This document shows positions 10,409 to 20,917 of a stretch of DNA of 64,000 nt, piece after piece; within the stretch, counting starts at the first letter, position 1, and each line of letters begins with the position of its first letter. The stretch comes from Deferrisomatales bacterium. Its GTDB lineage: Bacteria; Desulfobacterota; Deferrisomatia; Deferrisomatales; JACRMM01. The stretch spans positions 11,189 through 75,188 of the forward strand of contig JAWSUI010000006.1 in the NCBI GenBank assembly GCA_033551855.1, read 5' to 3'. Position numbers and translations under genes: made by a program. The notes under the pieces were generated by a model. The model did not search any database. It was not told the origin of the DNA and saw only the letters and a program-made list of their open reading frames with translations.

Positions 10409-11860
10409 ATGGACTGGGAAATGGTAGTGGGCCTGGAGGTCCACGCCCAGCTCCTCACCTCGACCAAGATCTTCTGCGGCTGCTCCACGGCCTTCGGCGC
10501 AGCGCCCAACACCCAGGTCTGCCCCGTCTGCATGGGGCTGCCCGGGGCGCTCCCGGTGCTGAACCGCAAGGTGGTAGAGCTGGCCCTCCGGGTCGCCCTG
10601 GCGACCCACTGCACGGTGGAGCCCAGGAGCCGCTTCGCCCGGAAGAACTACTTCTACCCGGACCTGCCCAAGGGATACCAGATCAGCCAGTTCGAGCTGC
10701 CCATCCTCAGCGGGGGGTACCTGACGGTCGACGGCGAGGGCGACACCCCCAAGCGCATCGGGATCACCCGCATCCACATGGAGGAGGACGCGGGCAAGCT
10801 GCTCCACCCCGAGGCCCTGGGGGCAGGCGGGCGGGATGTGAGCCTGGTGGACCTGAACCGAGCCTGCGTGCCCTTGCTCGAGATCGTCAGCGAGCCCGAC
10901 ATCCGCAGTGTCAAGGAAGCCTCCCAGTACGCCCGCAAGCTCCGGGAGATCCTGGTCTACCTCGGTGTGTGCGACGGCAATATGAACGAGGGAAGCCTGC
11001 GCGTGGACGCCAACATCTCGGTACGGCCGCGCGGTCGGGAGGCCTTCGGCACCCGCACCGAGATCAAGAACATCAACTCCTTTCGGTTCCTCGAGCAGGC
11101 GATCGCCTACGAGCGGGAGCGCCAGATCGAGGTCCTCGAGGACGGGGGCTCGGTAATCCAGGAGACGCGCCTGTTCGACAGCGAACGCGGGGTGACCCTG
11201 TCCATGCGCTCCAAGGAGGAGGCCCACGACTACCGGTACTTCCCGGACCCGGACCTGCTGCCGGTGGTCGTCGATCCGGCCTGGATGGGCGAGGTGGCCC
11301 GCGACCTCCCCGAGCTCCCGGATGACAAGCGGCGGCGGTTCCGAGAACAGTACGCCCTGCCCCGATACGACGCGGACCTGCTGTGCCAGAGCCGGGATGT
11401 TGCCGCCTACTTCGAGGAAGCGGTGGCGCTCCACGGGGACCCGAAGGCCGTGTCCAACTGGATCATGGGGCCCCTGCTCCGGGAGCTCAACCGGGAAGGC
11501 GCACCCCCGATCCTCGAGGCACCGGTCACCCCGAGGCACCTCGCCGCCATGCTCGACCTGGTCCGCGACGGCACCATCTCCTCCAACGCCGCGAAGGAGG
11601 TGTTCGAGGGGATGTGGGCCACGGGCCGGGGACCCGAGGCCGTGGTGCGGGAGAAGGGTCTCACGCAGCTCACCGACACCGGCGCCGTCGAGGCCGCCGT
11701 GGACGCCGTGCTCGCCGCCCACCCGTCGGAAGTGGAAGCGTACCGGGGGGGTAAGACCAAGCTGCTGGGGTTCTTCGTGGGCCAGGTGATGAGGGCCACC
11801 AAGGGCAAGGGGAATCCCCAGGTGGTGAACGAGGTCCTGGACAGGAAGCTTCGGGGCTGA
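10409..11860 (+). CDS. gatB: Asp/Glu-tRNA amidotransferase subunit B
   Basis: [32 protein letters not shown]. Confidence 0.97.
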   Translation: MDWEMVVGLEVHAQLLTSTKIFCGCSTAFGAAPNTQVCPVCMGLPGALPVLNRKVVELALRVALATHCTVEPRSRFARKNYFYPDLPKGYQISQFELPILSGGYLTVDGEGDTPKRIGITRIHMEEDAGKLLHPEALGAGGRDVSLVDLNRACVPLLEIVSEPDIRSVKEASQYARKLREILVYLGVCDGNMNEGSLRVDANISVRPRGREAFGTRTEIKNINSFRFLEQAIAYERERQIEVLEDGGSVIQETRLFDSERGVTLSMRSKEEAHDYRYFPDPDLLPVVVDPAWMGEVARDLPELPDDKRRRFREQYALPRYDADLLCQSRDVAAYFEEAVALHGDPKAVSNWIMGPLLRELNREGAPPILEAPVTPRHLAAMLDLVRDGTISSNAAKEVFEGMWATGRGPEAVVREKGLTQLTDTGAVEAAVDAVLAAHPSEVEAYRGGKTKLLGFFVGQVMRATKGKGNPQVVNEVLDRKLRG

Positions 11861-12125
11861 CCGCCGGCCCCTCCTCCGGGACCGGCGCCCGCGCTCGCCC
11901 GCCCGTTTCCTCCCCCTCCCCCTGGCGTCTCCCGGGGAATGGCTCGGCCTCGAGCCGGTTCCCTACCCGCCCACCGGCTGCCGTGGGGATGGCCCGTCTT
12001 CCCGGGCCGGCCGAAGGGGCCTGCGGGGCTAAAGGCCGGACCCCGAGATGCCGTTCCGTCTCCCGAAGACCTAGCCATCCCCGAGAAGACCGCGCGCCCC
12101 CGGCCCGGTGCCAGGAGGAGCTGCC

Positions 12126-12836
12126 GTGACCCCCGAGACGGAACGCCTGCTGGAGCAGCTCGCCGAGTTTCGCGCCAACCCGCAGTCGGTGAGCGTGCAG
12201 CAGCCCAAGTTCACCGGGTGGGTGAACGCCGTGCGGCACTGGCTGCGGTTCCGGGAGGACCGGGAGGCCTTGGGCCGCTTCGAAGCTCTCCGGCTCTCAC
12301 GGGCGACCGGAGCCATGTGGAAACGGGACGAGAGCTCCCCCGCGGAGGTCCGAGAGTTGCTCTCCGATCTCGGGGAGGTGGAGAAGCTCCTCCGGCGGGA
12401 CAACGGGAAGGCAGCCCCGGCACCCGTCGCGCGGAAGCCGGAACGGCCGGCCGGAGGCGAGCGGGTGGGCCGGGGGCCCGCCCCGGGGGGGCATGACGAG
12501 GAGGAGGCACCGTTGAAGGACAAGAACGGCACCCCGGGCGCGCCGGGCCAGCCTCAGCCGCCGGCCTCTCCGACGCGGCTGCGGGCCATGGAGGCCCTGC
12601 TCTCGGAGCTCGAGCAGGAGATCAAACGGCCGGACGGGGACGTCGGGAAGATTCAGAAGGTGATGGCGGAGCTCCTCGAGCTGAAAAAGCTCGGAGACCT
12701 GATCGATCGGGTCCTCGCGAGCGCCTCCGAGCCGGAGTGCCGCTGGGAGACCTTGCGCGGGCCCCTCGCCCAGCTCTGGTCCGCCAACCGGGACGCCGTC
12801 GTCGATCTGCTTCCGGCACTGCTCAAGAGAGGCTGA
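12126..12836 (+). CDS. Hypothetical protein (two helical regions joined by a Pro/Gly-rich linker)
   Basis: AGGAGGAG RBS before GTG; host-like codon usage. Confidence 0.65.
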   Translation: MTPETERLLEQLAEFRANPQSVSVQQPKFTGWVNAVRHWLRFREDREALGRFEALRLSRATGAMWKRDESSPAEVRELLSDLGEVEKLLRRDNGKAAPAPVARKPERPAGGERVGRGPAPGGHDEEEAPLKDKNGTPGAPGQPQPPASPTRLRAMEALLSELEQEIKRPDGDVGKIQKVMAELLELKKLGDLIDRVLASASEPECRWETLRGPLAQLWSANRDAVVDLLPALLKRG

Positions 12837-12978
12837 GGCGAGGGCAGACCGGCGAGGGTCGACGCACCCGTTCCGCAGGTGATGGGAGCTCGCGTCCCGG
12901 CGGCAGGGGCGGTTCTTCCCGCGACCTTGCCCACCGTGTAGGGGCCGGTTATCTTGCGGGCGTCCGGAAGGAGGCCCC

Positions 12979-15249
12979 GTGGACCGGCTACCCTACGAGA
13001 ATCCCGCCCTCTTCGGCTCCGACTCGAAGGAGGCCATCGTCGCCGTCGAGGTGGTGGCCGACGATCGAGTCCGGGTCTTCGTCCGAGAAGAGTCCCGGGT
13101 GGCGACGGAGGACGACCGCTTCACCCCCTTCCTCCTCCTCGAGTCCCCGGACCTCCTGGGAGGCGGGGCAGCCGCCGCTCGGGTGCTGGAGCTCGCCGGT
13201 CCCTGGGAGTACCGGTTTGCCGCTTTCTTCCCCGGGTGGAAGGCGCTGCAGGGGGCGCTCCGACACCTCCGGGAGACCACCGGCCGCACCCCCGGGGCCG
13301 CCGACGCACCCTTCTACTTCCTCTCCGACCCTGTCCAACAGTACCTGACCGCCACCGGCCGGACCCTGTACAAGGGGCTTCGCTTCGAGGATCTCCGCCG
13401 ACTGCAGCTCGACATCGAGACCACGGTGGCGGAGGGGTTCGAGTTCCCGAACCCCCTCCGGGACGAGGACCGCATCACGCTGGTGAGCCTCTCGGACTCC
13501 ACGGGCTGGGAGGAGAGCGTGCGGGGCGACCGCCTCTCGGAGCCCGACATGCTGGTCGAGCTCGCGCGGCGCATCCGCGAGAGGGACCCGGACGTGGTGG
13601 AGGGGCACAATCTATTCAACTTCGACCTCTCCTACCTCGAGGCACGGGCTGCCCGACACGGTCAGCGCCTAAAGTGGGGCCGCGACGGAAGCCCCGCTCG
13701 AAGCCGCCCCAGCCGATTCAGCGCGGCCGAGCGCACGATCCAGTACCAGCGCTACGAAGTCCACGGCCGGCAACTGCTGGACACCCTCTTCCTCGTGCAG
13801 CTCTACGACGTGGGGACCCGGGAGCTGGAGAGCTTCGGCCTGAAGGCCGTCGCCCGACACCTGGGGGTGGCACAAGACGACCGGACCTACGTGGATCCCT
13901 CGGAGATCCCACGGCTCTTCCGGACCGACATGGAGCGGCTCGTCGCCTACGGCTTGGGGGACGTCCGCGAGACCCGCGAGGTCTCCCGGGTGCTGGGACA
14001 GAGCTACTTCCATCAGACCCGGATGTTCCCCCTCAGTCACCAGAGCACCGTCGTCCGGGGCAACGCCACGAAGATCGACGCCCTGTTCTTGCGGGAGTAC
14101 CTGCGCCAACGCCGCTCCGTCCCGCGCCCTCCCCCGCCGGAGCCCTTCGCCGGCGGTTACACCGACTGCCTCGTCGAGGGAGTGGTGGCCCCGGTGGTCA
14201 ACTGCGACGTGCAGAGCCTGTACCCCTCGGTCATGCTCACCTTCGGCGTCCGACCGGCCAAGGACGACCAGGAGGTCTTCCCCTCCCTGCTCACCGAACT
14301 GACCCGGCTGCGGCTGGAGGCGAAGGCGGCCAGACAGCGGGCCCGGGAGCCGGCGGAACGGGCCCTCTACGAGGCGCTCCAGGGCACCTTCAAGGTGCTC
14401 ATCAACTCCTTCTACGGGTACCTGGGGTTCTCCCAGGGCCACTTCGCCGACTTCGCCGCGGCCGCCCGGGTCGCCGCCGAGGGGCGCACTCTGATTCAGT
14501 CCATCCTGCAGGAGCTGGAGGAGCGCGGGGCGCGCCCCGTCGAGGTGGACACCGACGGCGTCTATTTCGTCCCTCCCGAGGGCAGCCGGGGGCCGGAGGC
14601 GGAAGAGGCCCTGGTCGCGCAAGTCAGCGACACCCTGCCCCCCGGCATCCGCCTGGAGCTCGGCGGCCGCTACCGGGCGATGCTCTCCTACAAAGCGAAG
14701 AACTACGTGCTGCTGGGCTACGACGGGGAGCTCTCGATCCGGGGCTCCGGGCTGCGCTCCCGAGGAATCGAGAAGTTCCAGCGGGCGTTCCTCGAGGAGA
14801 TGTTTCGTGCCGTGCTCGAGGGGCGGCCGGAGGCGGTCCCCGGCCTCAAGGAGCGCTATCTCGACGACCTGCGCCGGCACCGTTGGACGCCCGAGTGGTT
14901 TGCCAAGACGGAGACGCTTCACGACAGCCTCGACGTCTACCGGCAGAAGCGCCGAAAGAGCACCCGCAACGCCTCGGCGGCCTACGAACTGGCCCTGGCC
15001 ACGGGGCGGCCGTTCCAGCCCGGGGATCAGGTCACCTATTACGTGGCCGGCGACGGCAAGAACGTGCGGGTCTTCGAGAGCGCCCGGTTGGCCTCCCAGT
15101 GGGATCCGGAGGCTCCCGACGAGAATGTGGCCTACTACGCGAAGAAGCTAGAGGATCTCTACCGGAAGTTCGAGCCCTTCGTCCGCCCGGGCTCGGGCCA
15201 GCTCGCGCTGGGCCTTGCCCCTCCGGCTGCACAGGACGACTCCCCGTGA
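12979..15249 (+). CDS. polB: Family B DNA polymerase with 3'-5' exonuclease
   Basis: ExoI DIET, ExoII GHNLFNFDL, motif A DVQSLYPS, motif B KVLINSFYG, motif C DTDG. Confidence 0.92.
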   Translation: MDRLPYENPALFGSDSKEAIVAVEVVADDRVRVFVREESRVATEDDRFTPFLLLESPDLLGGGAAAARVLELAGPWEYRFAAFFPGWKALQGALRHLRETTGRTPGAADAPFYFLSDPVQQYLTATGRTLYKGLRFEDLRRLQLDIETTVAEGFEFPNPLRDEDRITLVSLSDSTGWEESVRGDRLSEPDMLVELARRIRERDPDVVEGHNLFNFDLSYLEARAARHGQRLKWGRDGSPARSRPSRFSAAERTIQYQRYEVHGRQLLDTLFLVQLYDVGTRELESFGLKAVARHLGVAQDDRTYVDPSEIPRLFRTDMERLVAYGLGDVRETREVSRVLGQSYFHQTRMFPLSHQSTVVRGNATKIDALFLREYLRQRRSVPRPPPPEPFAGGYTDCLVEGVVAPVVNCDVQSLYPSVMLTFGVRPAKDDQEVFPSLLTELTRLRLEAKAARQRAREPAERALYEALQGTFKVLINSFYGYLGFSQGHFADFAAAARVAAEGRTLIQSILQELEERGARPVEVDTDGVYFVPPEGSRGPEAEEALVAQVSDTLPPGIRLELGGRYRAMLSYKAKNYVLLGYDGELSIRGSGLRSRGIEKFQRAFLEEMFRAVLEGRPEAVPGLKERYLDDLRRHRWTPEWFAKTETLHDSLDVYRQKRRKSTRNASAAYELALATGRPFQPGDQVTYYVAGDGKNVRVFESARLASQWDPEAPDENVAYYAKKLEDLYRKFEPFVRPGSGQLALGLAPPAAQDDSP

Positions 15250-15277
15250 CCGACGTCCTCCCGCCCGGGCCAAGGTC

Positions 15278-15676
15278 ATGAGCCCTTCGCGCGAAACCCG
15301 CCGCCCCCCCGAGCCCAACCTCCGGGAGTACCGCCTGCCCGGGGATTGGACCGTGCTGGTGGGCAGGACCGACGCCGACAACGACCGCCTGAGCCTGCAG
15401 GCGGCCCGACCCAACGACTGGTGGTTCCACGTGCGGGGCATGCCCGGCAGCCACGTGCTCCTCCGGTCAGAGGAGGGTCGGGAGCCCGACCGCGAGACTC
15501 TCAAACGGGCCGCGGCCGTGGCCGCCTACCACAGCAGGGCCCGGGAGGGAGGGGTGGTGGCCGTGAGCGCTACCCTGGCCCGGCACGTGACCAAGCCCCG
15601 CGGCGCGAAGCCGGGCACGGTGGAGATCCGCCGGGAGATCGTCCTGAAGGTCCGGCCTGGTCTGCCGGAGGACTGA
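15278..15676 (+). CDS. Stand-alone NFACT RNA-binding domain protein (DUF814)
   Basis: VGRTDADNDRL...WWFHVRGMPGSHV...AAAVAAYHS...VTKPRGAKPG. Confidence 0.85.
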   Translation: MSPSRETRRPPEPNLREYRLPGDWTVLVGRTDADNDRLSLQAARPNDWWFHVRGMPGSHVLLRSEEGREPDRETLKRAAAVAAYHSRAREGGVVAVSATLARHVTKPRGAKPGTVEIRREIVLKVRPGLPED

Positions 15677-15725
15677 GCCCGACGATCCCGCGTGCGATCC
15701 CGCGGCGTCCCGGGGCCGACGCGTC

Positions 15726-15933
15726 CCTAAATCCACCGCAACATTGCGGGGCGGAGGCCGGGAGCCCCGGAGTGCAGCCCCGTTCCGCCTCCACCAAGTC
15801 GATGAGGCCGGCGCAAGCGAGGGAAGCCCGACGCACCGGGGACTGCTGGGACACTTCTTCGAATGACCGCGGATGGCGGGGCGAAACGCAGGGGCTCCCG
15901 GACCCCGCTCACCGACCAGCCGGTGGAGCCAAG
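15726..15933. mobile_element. Family A MITE-like element copy
   Basis: Same orientation as, and high similarity to, 8036-8241. Confidence 0.8.
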
Positions 15934-16020
15934 GTGCCCCTTCCCCTTCGCCGGAAGATCAGGGTACCCTCCCTTGTCCCGAGTGCCGCCAATCCAGTCC
16001 CCCCACCCCAGGAGGTGCCG

Positions 16021-16317
16021 ATGTCCGCCGAAGTGGAAGACCTCACCGTCAACTACGAGGAGGAAGGCGTCCAAGTCGTCCAGGAGCTGGACAAGGAGGT
16101 ACTCTCCCGAGGGGCGTGGGCCACCGTGATCTTCCGTTACCGCCAGTGGGAACCCAAGAAGGACGACTACGGCCCGGATCGGTTCACCATCCGCCGGTAC
16201 AAGAAGATCCGCGGGGAATACCGCCAGCAGGCCAAGTTCAACATCTCCAGCCGCGACCAGGCCGAGAAGATCGTCTCCGCGCTCCAGCGCTGGCTCGCCC
16301 AACCCGAGTCCCCCTAG
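16021..16317 (+). CDS. Small hypothetical protein (98 aa)
   Basis: AGGAGG RBS; globular-looking sequence rich in aromatic and basic residues. Confidence 0.75.
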   Translation: MSAEVEDLTVNYEEEGVQVVQELDKEVLSRGAWATVIFRYRQWEPKKDDYGPDRFTIRRYKKIRGEYRQQAKFNISSRDQAEKIVSALQRWLAQPESP

Positions 16318-16342
16318 CCTCCGCTGCGGAGGGGCCGCGGAT

Positions 16343-17587
16343 ATGCCCATGGCATGGCGCAGTGCGCTCGGCCTGCTCGTGTTCGCGGGGCTGGCGTGGG
16401 CCCTGAGCGAGGAACGCCGCGCGGTCCGCCCCCGGCTCGTGGCGGCGGGCCTGGCCCTGCAGGTGGGCATTGCTGCCCTGCTCCTCCGGTTCCCCCCCTC
16501 GAAGGACCTGTTCCTCGCCCTCAATGGGGCGGTCCTCGCGCTGGAGGCCGCAACCGCCGCGGGCACATCCTTCGTCTTCGGGTACCTCGGGGGAGGGCCG
16601 TTCCCGGCCGACGTGAGCAACCCAGCGGCATCCTTCGTCCTCGCCTTTCGCGCCCTTCCGCTGGTGCTCGTCGTGAGCGCCCTTTCCGCCCTGCTCTTCC
16701 ACTGGAGGGTCCTCCCCCTGATCGTCCGGGCCTTCTCCCGCGTGCTGGAGCGGTCCCTCGGGGTGGGGGGCGCCCTGGGCCTGGCCACCGCAGCCAATGT
16801 GTTCGTCGGCATGGTGGAGGCGCCGCTACTGGTGCGGCCCTACCTGCGGGACATGAGCCGCGGCGAGCTCTTCGCGGTGATGACTTGCGGGATGGCCACC
16901 ATCGCAGGCACCGTGCTGGCGCTCTACGCCGCCATCCTCCGAGAGGCGATCCCGGATGTTCTGGGGCACATCCTGACGGCCTCGCTCATCAGCGCGCCGG
17001 CCGCCCTCACCGTGGCGCACCTCATGGTCCCGGCCCCTGACGAGCCCACCCGCGGGGAACTGCGCCACCCCGACCGGTACGGCAGCTCCATGGAAGCCAT
17101 CACCCGGGGAACGGCGGACGGCCTGGCCCTGCTCTTGAACATCGTGGCGATGCTGGTTGTGCTCGTGGCGCTGGTGAGCCTCGTCAACCAGGCCCTGGGT
17201 CTCCTGCCGGAGGCGGCGGGCGCGCCGGTGAGCCTCCAGCGCCTGCTGGGACTCGCCATGGCGCCCCTGGCGTGGGTGATGGGCATCCCGTGGGCCGAGG
17301 CCCCCACGGCGGGTTCCCTGTTGGGGACCAAGACCATCCTCAACGAGCTTCTGGCCTATCTGGACCTGGCGGCCCTCGACCCCGGCGCCCTGAGCCCGCG
17401 GAGCCGGCTCGTGATGACCTACGCCCTGTGCGGCTTCGCAAACCTCGGGAGCTTGGGGATCATGATCGGCGGGCTGGGCGCCATGGTGCCGGAACGCAAG
17501 GCCGAGGTGGTCCGGCTCGGCCTGCGCTCCCTGGTCGCCGGGACCCTGGCCACCTGCATGACCGGCGCTGTGGTGGGGATGCTCTGA
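16343..17587 (+). CDS. Concentrative nucleoside transporter (CNT/NupC family)
   Basis: GTSFVFG, NVFVGMVEAP, GMATIAG, YALCGFAN motifs; multiple TM segments. Confidence 0.93.
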   Translation: MPMAWRSALGLLVFAGLAWALSEERRAVRPRLVAAGLALQVGIAALLLRFPPSKDLFLALNGAVLALEAATAAGTSFVFGYLGGGPFPADVSNPAASFVLAFRALPLVLVVSALSALLFHWRVLPLIVRAFSRVLERSLGVGGALGLATAANVFVGMVEAPLLVRPYLRDMSRGELFAVMTCGMATIAGTVLALYAAILREAIPDVLGHILTASLISAPAALTVAHLMVPAPDEPTRGELRHPDRYGSSMEAITRGTADGLALLLNIVAMLVVLVALVSLVNQALGLLPEAAGAPVSLQRLLGLAMAPLAWVMGIPWAEAPTAGSLLGTKTILNELLAYLDLAALDPGALSPRSRLVMTYALCGFANLGSLGIMIGGLGAMVPERKAEVVRLGLRSLVAGTLATCMTGAVVGML

Positions 17588-17803
17588 GTTTCCGGAATCC
17601 CCCGGGGTGCCCGTCCCCGGATCCGGGAAGCGCAGCGGCCGGCGCCCTCGGTTCCCCCGGAAGGCCGTCGGCGGCGCCCCCTTGCCCAGGCCCGGGCAAA
17701 GGCGCGGAGGCCGGCCCCTTGAACCGCTGGGTTTTCGTGCTAGAAGTTCCCTCGTGCCACACCGGCGCGACCCGTCTCTCCAAGCGGCCGAAGAGGGCCC
17801 AGC

Positions 17804-19243
17804 GTGCCCGTCTACGACGAAGCGGACATCGAGCAGGCGTTTCGCGACCTGGACCTGCACCAGGCCGTCAACTGCATCGTCTACGGCCACTCCAGCAACC
17901 GCCGGGACATCCGCGACTTCGCCCTGGAATCGGTTGACTTCTCCCGGGTGCGCAACATCCTGGACCTCGGCTGCGGGTTCGGCTTCTCGACCCTCGGGTT
18001 CCGGGGCAAGCTCCGGCCCGGCACCCACATCGTCGGCCTCGACATCCAGGAGGGCTACCAGAAGCCGTTCCTGCAGGCCTGCGACTCGGTGGGGGCGGTG
18101 GGCGAGTTTCACGCCTCCGACGTGGCGGAGCTCTCCACGCACCCTCCCCACTCCTTCGACCTGGTGTTCTCGTGCTTCTCCCTCTACTTCTTCCCGGAGG
18201 CCGTGCCCGAAATCGCCCGCGTGCTGACCGAGCACGGAACCTTCGTCGCCGTGACTCACAGCCAGCAGAGCTGGCAGGAGCTGATCCGGCACATCCCCCC
18301 CACCCTGGAATCCCTGGGCCTCGGAGTGCCGGAGCTTCTGAGCATCCAGAAGCTGCTGCGCACCTTCTCGGCGGAAAACGGGGAGCTCCTGCTTCGCCCC
18401 TCCTTCCAAGAGGTCGAGAAGGCGGTCTTCGCCAACCGCCTGCGGTTCGAGCCCAATCAGATGGAGCACCTGGAGGTCTACCTGTGGATGAAGAAGAGCC
18501 TCCTCCTCAAAGAGGTCTACGAGGCGAGCCCGGACAGCATCGGAGCCGCCCTGCTCCAGCTCATCACCGCGATGACGGCCGAGGCGATCGAGCGGGGGGC
18601 CGTGGAGTTCAACAAGGACGACGCGGTGTTCCGGTGCCGCCGGCCGGTCGTGGAACACGGCACTCGGGCGCGACCGGCCGCCCCACGCTACTGCACTACG
18701 TGCGGGACTCTCCTGGAAACCAAGAAGATCGACGGGAAGCGCCGGGCGATCTGCACGGCCTGCGGTTTCATCGCCTACGAAAACCCCCTCCCGGTTGCGG
18801 CCGCGCTGGTGACCAACGCGGCGGGGGAGGTGCTCCTCGTGCGCCGGGGGCGTCACCCCATGAAGGGGATGTGGTGCCTGCCGTGCGGCTTCGCCGAGGC
18901 CGACGAGCAGATCGAGGAAGCGGTCCTGCGGGAGTTGGCCGAGGAGACCGGTCTGGCCGGGTCCGTCGGGCCGCTACTGGACGCGGTGACCACCAGGAAC
19001 TACTTCTACGGCAACATGGTGATGATCACCTTCGCAATCGAGGACCCGCGGGGCACGCCGAGAGCGGGGGACGACGCCGTCGAGGTGCGCTACTTTCCGC
19101 TGGATCGGATGCCTGCCCTCGCCTTCCCCTCCCAGGAGCGGGCCGTGCGGCGCCACCGCGAGGCGCTCGGCCCGGGGGGACCGCGAGCGGCAGGGACCAG
19201 GCAGGGGCTCGACCGCCGGGGCGCAGCCGGCCCCGGGAGCTGA
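17804..19243 (+). CDS. Class I SAM methyltransferase / Zn-ribbon / Nudix hydrolase fusion
   Basis: ILDLGCGFG (motif I); CTTC...CTAC; Nudix box GFAEADEQIEEAVLRELAEETGL. Confidence 0.85.
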   Translation: MPVYDEADIEQAFRDLDLHQAVNCIVYGHSSNRRDIRDFALESVDFSRVRNILDLGCGFGFSTLGFRGKLRPGTHIVGLDIQEGYQKPFLQACDSVGAVGEFHASDVAELSTHPPHSFDLVFSCFSLYFFPEAVPEIARVLTEHGTFVAVTHSQQSWQELIRHIPPTLESLGLGVPELLSIQKLLRTFSAENGELLLRPSFQEVEKAVFANRLRFEPNQMEHLEVYLWMKKSLLLKEVYEASPDSIGAALLQLITAMTAEAIERGAVEFNKDDAVFRCRRPVVEHGTRARPAAPRYCTTCGTLLETKKIDGKRRAICTACGFIAYENPLPVAAALVTNAAGEVLLVRRGRHPMKGMWCLPCGFAEADEQIEEAVLRELAEETGLAGSVGPLLDAVTTRNYFYGNMVMITFAIEDPRGTPRAGDDAVEVRYFPLDRMPALAFPSQERAVRRHREALGPGGPRAAGTRQGLDRRGAAGPGS

Positions 19244-19382
19244 CGACCCAACGAAGCCCACCGGCGGCAGGGGAAACCAATGGGGGAGACCCCCCGGCTC
19301 CGCGCGGCCGGGCACGGGGGGCGGACCTACGGGAGGGCCGTTTCCAATCCGGGCACACGTGGCCGCACAGCAGGAGAGACAC

Positions 19383-19802
19383 ATGGAGGACTGCGTCTTC
19401 TGCCGCATCATTCGGGGCGAGTTGCCGGCGGCGAGGGTCTGCGAGGACGACGCCACGGTGGCCTTTCTGGACCTCCAGTCGGTCAACCCCGGGCACCTCC
19501 TCGTCGTCGTCAAGCCGCACCGGGCCAACATCTACGAGCTGGACGACGAGCTGGCGGGGGCGGCGTTCCGCACGGCAGCGCGGATGGCGAGACTCGTCAA
19601 GAAGACCTTGGGCTGCCAGGGAGTCACACTGCTCCAGGCCAACGAGCAGGCCGGCGCCCAGACCCTCTTTCACTTCCACATCCACGTCGTGCCGCGCTGG
19701 GAAGGCGACGGAATGGACTTCGCCTGGCCCGTCAAGAACCCTCCCCGGGAGGCCCTGGAAGAGATGGCGACCAAGCTCCGGGCGGCCCTGCCCGCCGTCT
19801 GA
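19383..19802 (+). CDS. HIT family nucleotide hydrolase
   Basis: DCVFCRII, NPGHLLV, HFHIHVVPR histidine triad. Confidence 0.93.
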   Translation: MEDCVFCRIIRGELPAARVCEDDATVAFLDLQSVNPGHLLVVVKPHRANIYELDDELAGAAFRTAARMARLVKKTLGCQGVTLLQANEQAGAQTLFHFHIHVVPRWEGDGMDFAWPVKNPPREALEEMATKLRAALPAV

Positions 19803-19829
19803 ATCCCACGCGGCCGGCAGCCCCGCGTT

Positions 19830-20114
19830 TCAGGACGACCGCGCTCCTCCCCCCTGGCCCGGGCCGCGGACCCGGGCCAGGGTTTCGAGGAGGATCTCGA
19901 GGCGGGATGGCGGGGGGCGGCTCATGCGCTCGAGCTCCTCGGGGGTGTAACCCTCGCGCAGGAAGGAGACGATGTCGAGCCGGTCCGCCCAGCAGATCAC
20001 GATCCGGTGGCAGGGCAGGCCGCCGTTCACCTGGCGGCAGTGGTAGAAGGGAACCTCGCCGCCCAGGGGCGGGCAGCGTGGGTGCATCTGCGCATCGTGG
20101 CCATCGCGGCTCAC
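19830..20114 (-). CDS. Small Cys-rich hypothetical protein
   Basis: RCPPLGGEVPFYHCR...PCHRIVICW; GTG start overlaps upstream stop. Confidence 0.65.
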   Translation of the reverse strand: MSRDGHDAQMHPRCPPLGGEVPFYHCRQVNGGLPCHRIVICWADRLDIVSFLREGYTPEELERMSRPPPSRLEILLETLARVRGPGQGGGARSS

Positions 20115-20374
20115 GGCCCGCCCTGCCGGGGAGAGACTCTCTCCACCGCCCATGCCTCCCGGTGGCGGGCCACCGGGAGGTGGGCGTCCCAGCACGACAC
20201 CGAGCAGAATACGAGCCCCGTGCGCTTGCGGTTGCAGGTCGATACGTTGCAGACCCAGTGGGACGTGCCGAAATCGATTCCCGTCTTGCACACGCTGCAG
20301 CGCCGCCAGCAATCGGAGGCCGGGGTGCCCTCCGCACGCCGGGAGCGGGGCAACGCCCCGCTGCCGGCCGTCAA
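20111..20374 (-). CDS. Small Cys-rich (putative Zn-binding) hypothetical protein
   Basis: CSVC...CNVSTC...FCSVSCWDAH; overlaps both neighbours by 4 nt; start uncertain. Confidence 0.6.
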   Translation of the reverse strand: MTAGSGALPRSRRAEGTPASDCWRRCSVCKTGIDFGTSHWVCNVSTCNRKRTGLVFCSVSCWDAHLPVARHREAWAVERVSPRQGGP

Positions 20375-20820
20375 CCCCGCATCTCCGAGAAGACCGCGCG
20401 CTCCATGTTCTCCATGGCGCCGCGCTGGTCCGCGGGCCACTCGTAGGTGAACGGCTTGGCGGTCACCCCGGGAAAGGACTGATCCCGGGCGCCGACCACC
20501 TCCAGCTCCCAGAGCAGCATCTCGGAGGGCGCCACGGCGGCGATGCGGTCCTTGAGCTTGCGGGCCTTCCCCTTGACGAGGTAGGCGAGGTTACCCGGGC
20601 CGATGATGTGCAGGCCCGCCAGGCCCGCCCGCTGCAAGTTGGCCAAGGCCGTGCCCCCCGCGTCCACGGCGAAGCGCACCCGCCGGGCATCCAGCCCTAC
20701 GGCCCACGTGTACGCCGAGCTCGGGTAGCCGTCGGCACCGGCAGTGAGCAGCAGCGCCGGGGCACCCGGGCGGAGGTGGGACAACAATCTCTCGGGCATT
20801 TCGGGCGTCACGTCGCTCAT
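20371..20820 (-). CDS. Pyridoxamine 5'-phosphate oxidase-like (split-barrel) protein
   Basis: LLTAGADGYPSSA...TALANL pattern; size. Confidence 0.6.
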   Translation of the reverse strand: MSDVTPEMPERLLSHLRPGAPALLLTAGADGYPSSAYTWAVGLDARRVRFAVDAGGTALANLQRAGLAGLHIIGPGNLAYLVKGKARKLKDRIAAVAPSEMLLWELEVVGARDQSFPGVTAKPFTYEWPADQRGAMENMERAVFSEMRG

Positions 20821-20917
20821 CGTCTTCTCCTCTCGGGGACAAGCCCCCGTTCTTCGGCCCTTCCGGCGCCGCCGGCACCCCGGAAGACCGGGCTGGGCAC
20901 CCCCCTGTCCGTTTCGG

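Noticed and set aside
12979..15249. Prophage, casposon or pipolin polymerase
   Set aside because: No integrase, cas1, structural genes or terminal repeats; host-like composition
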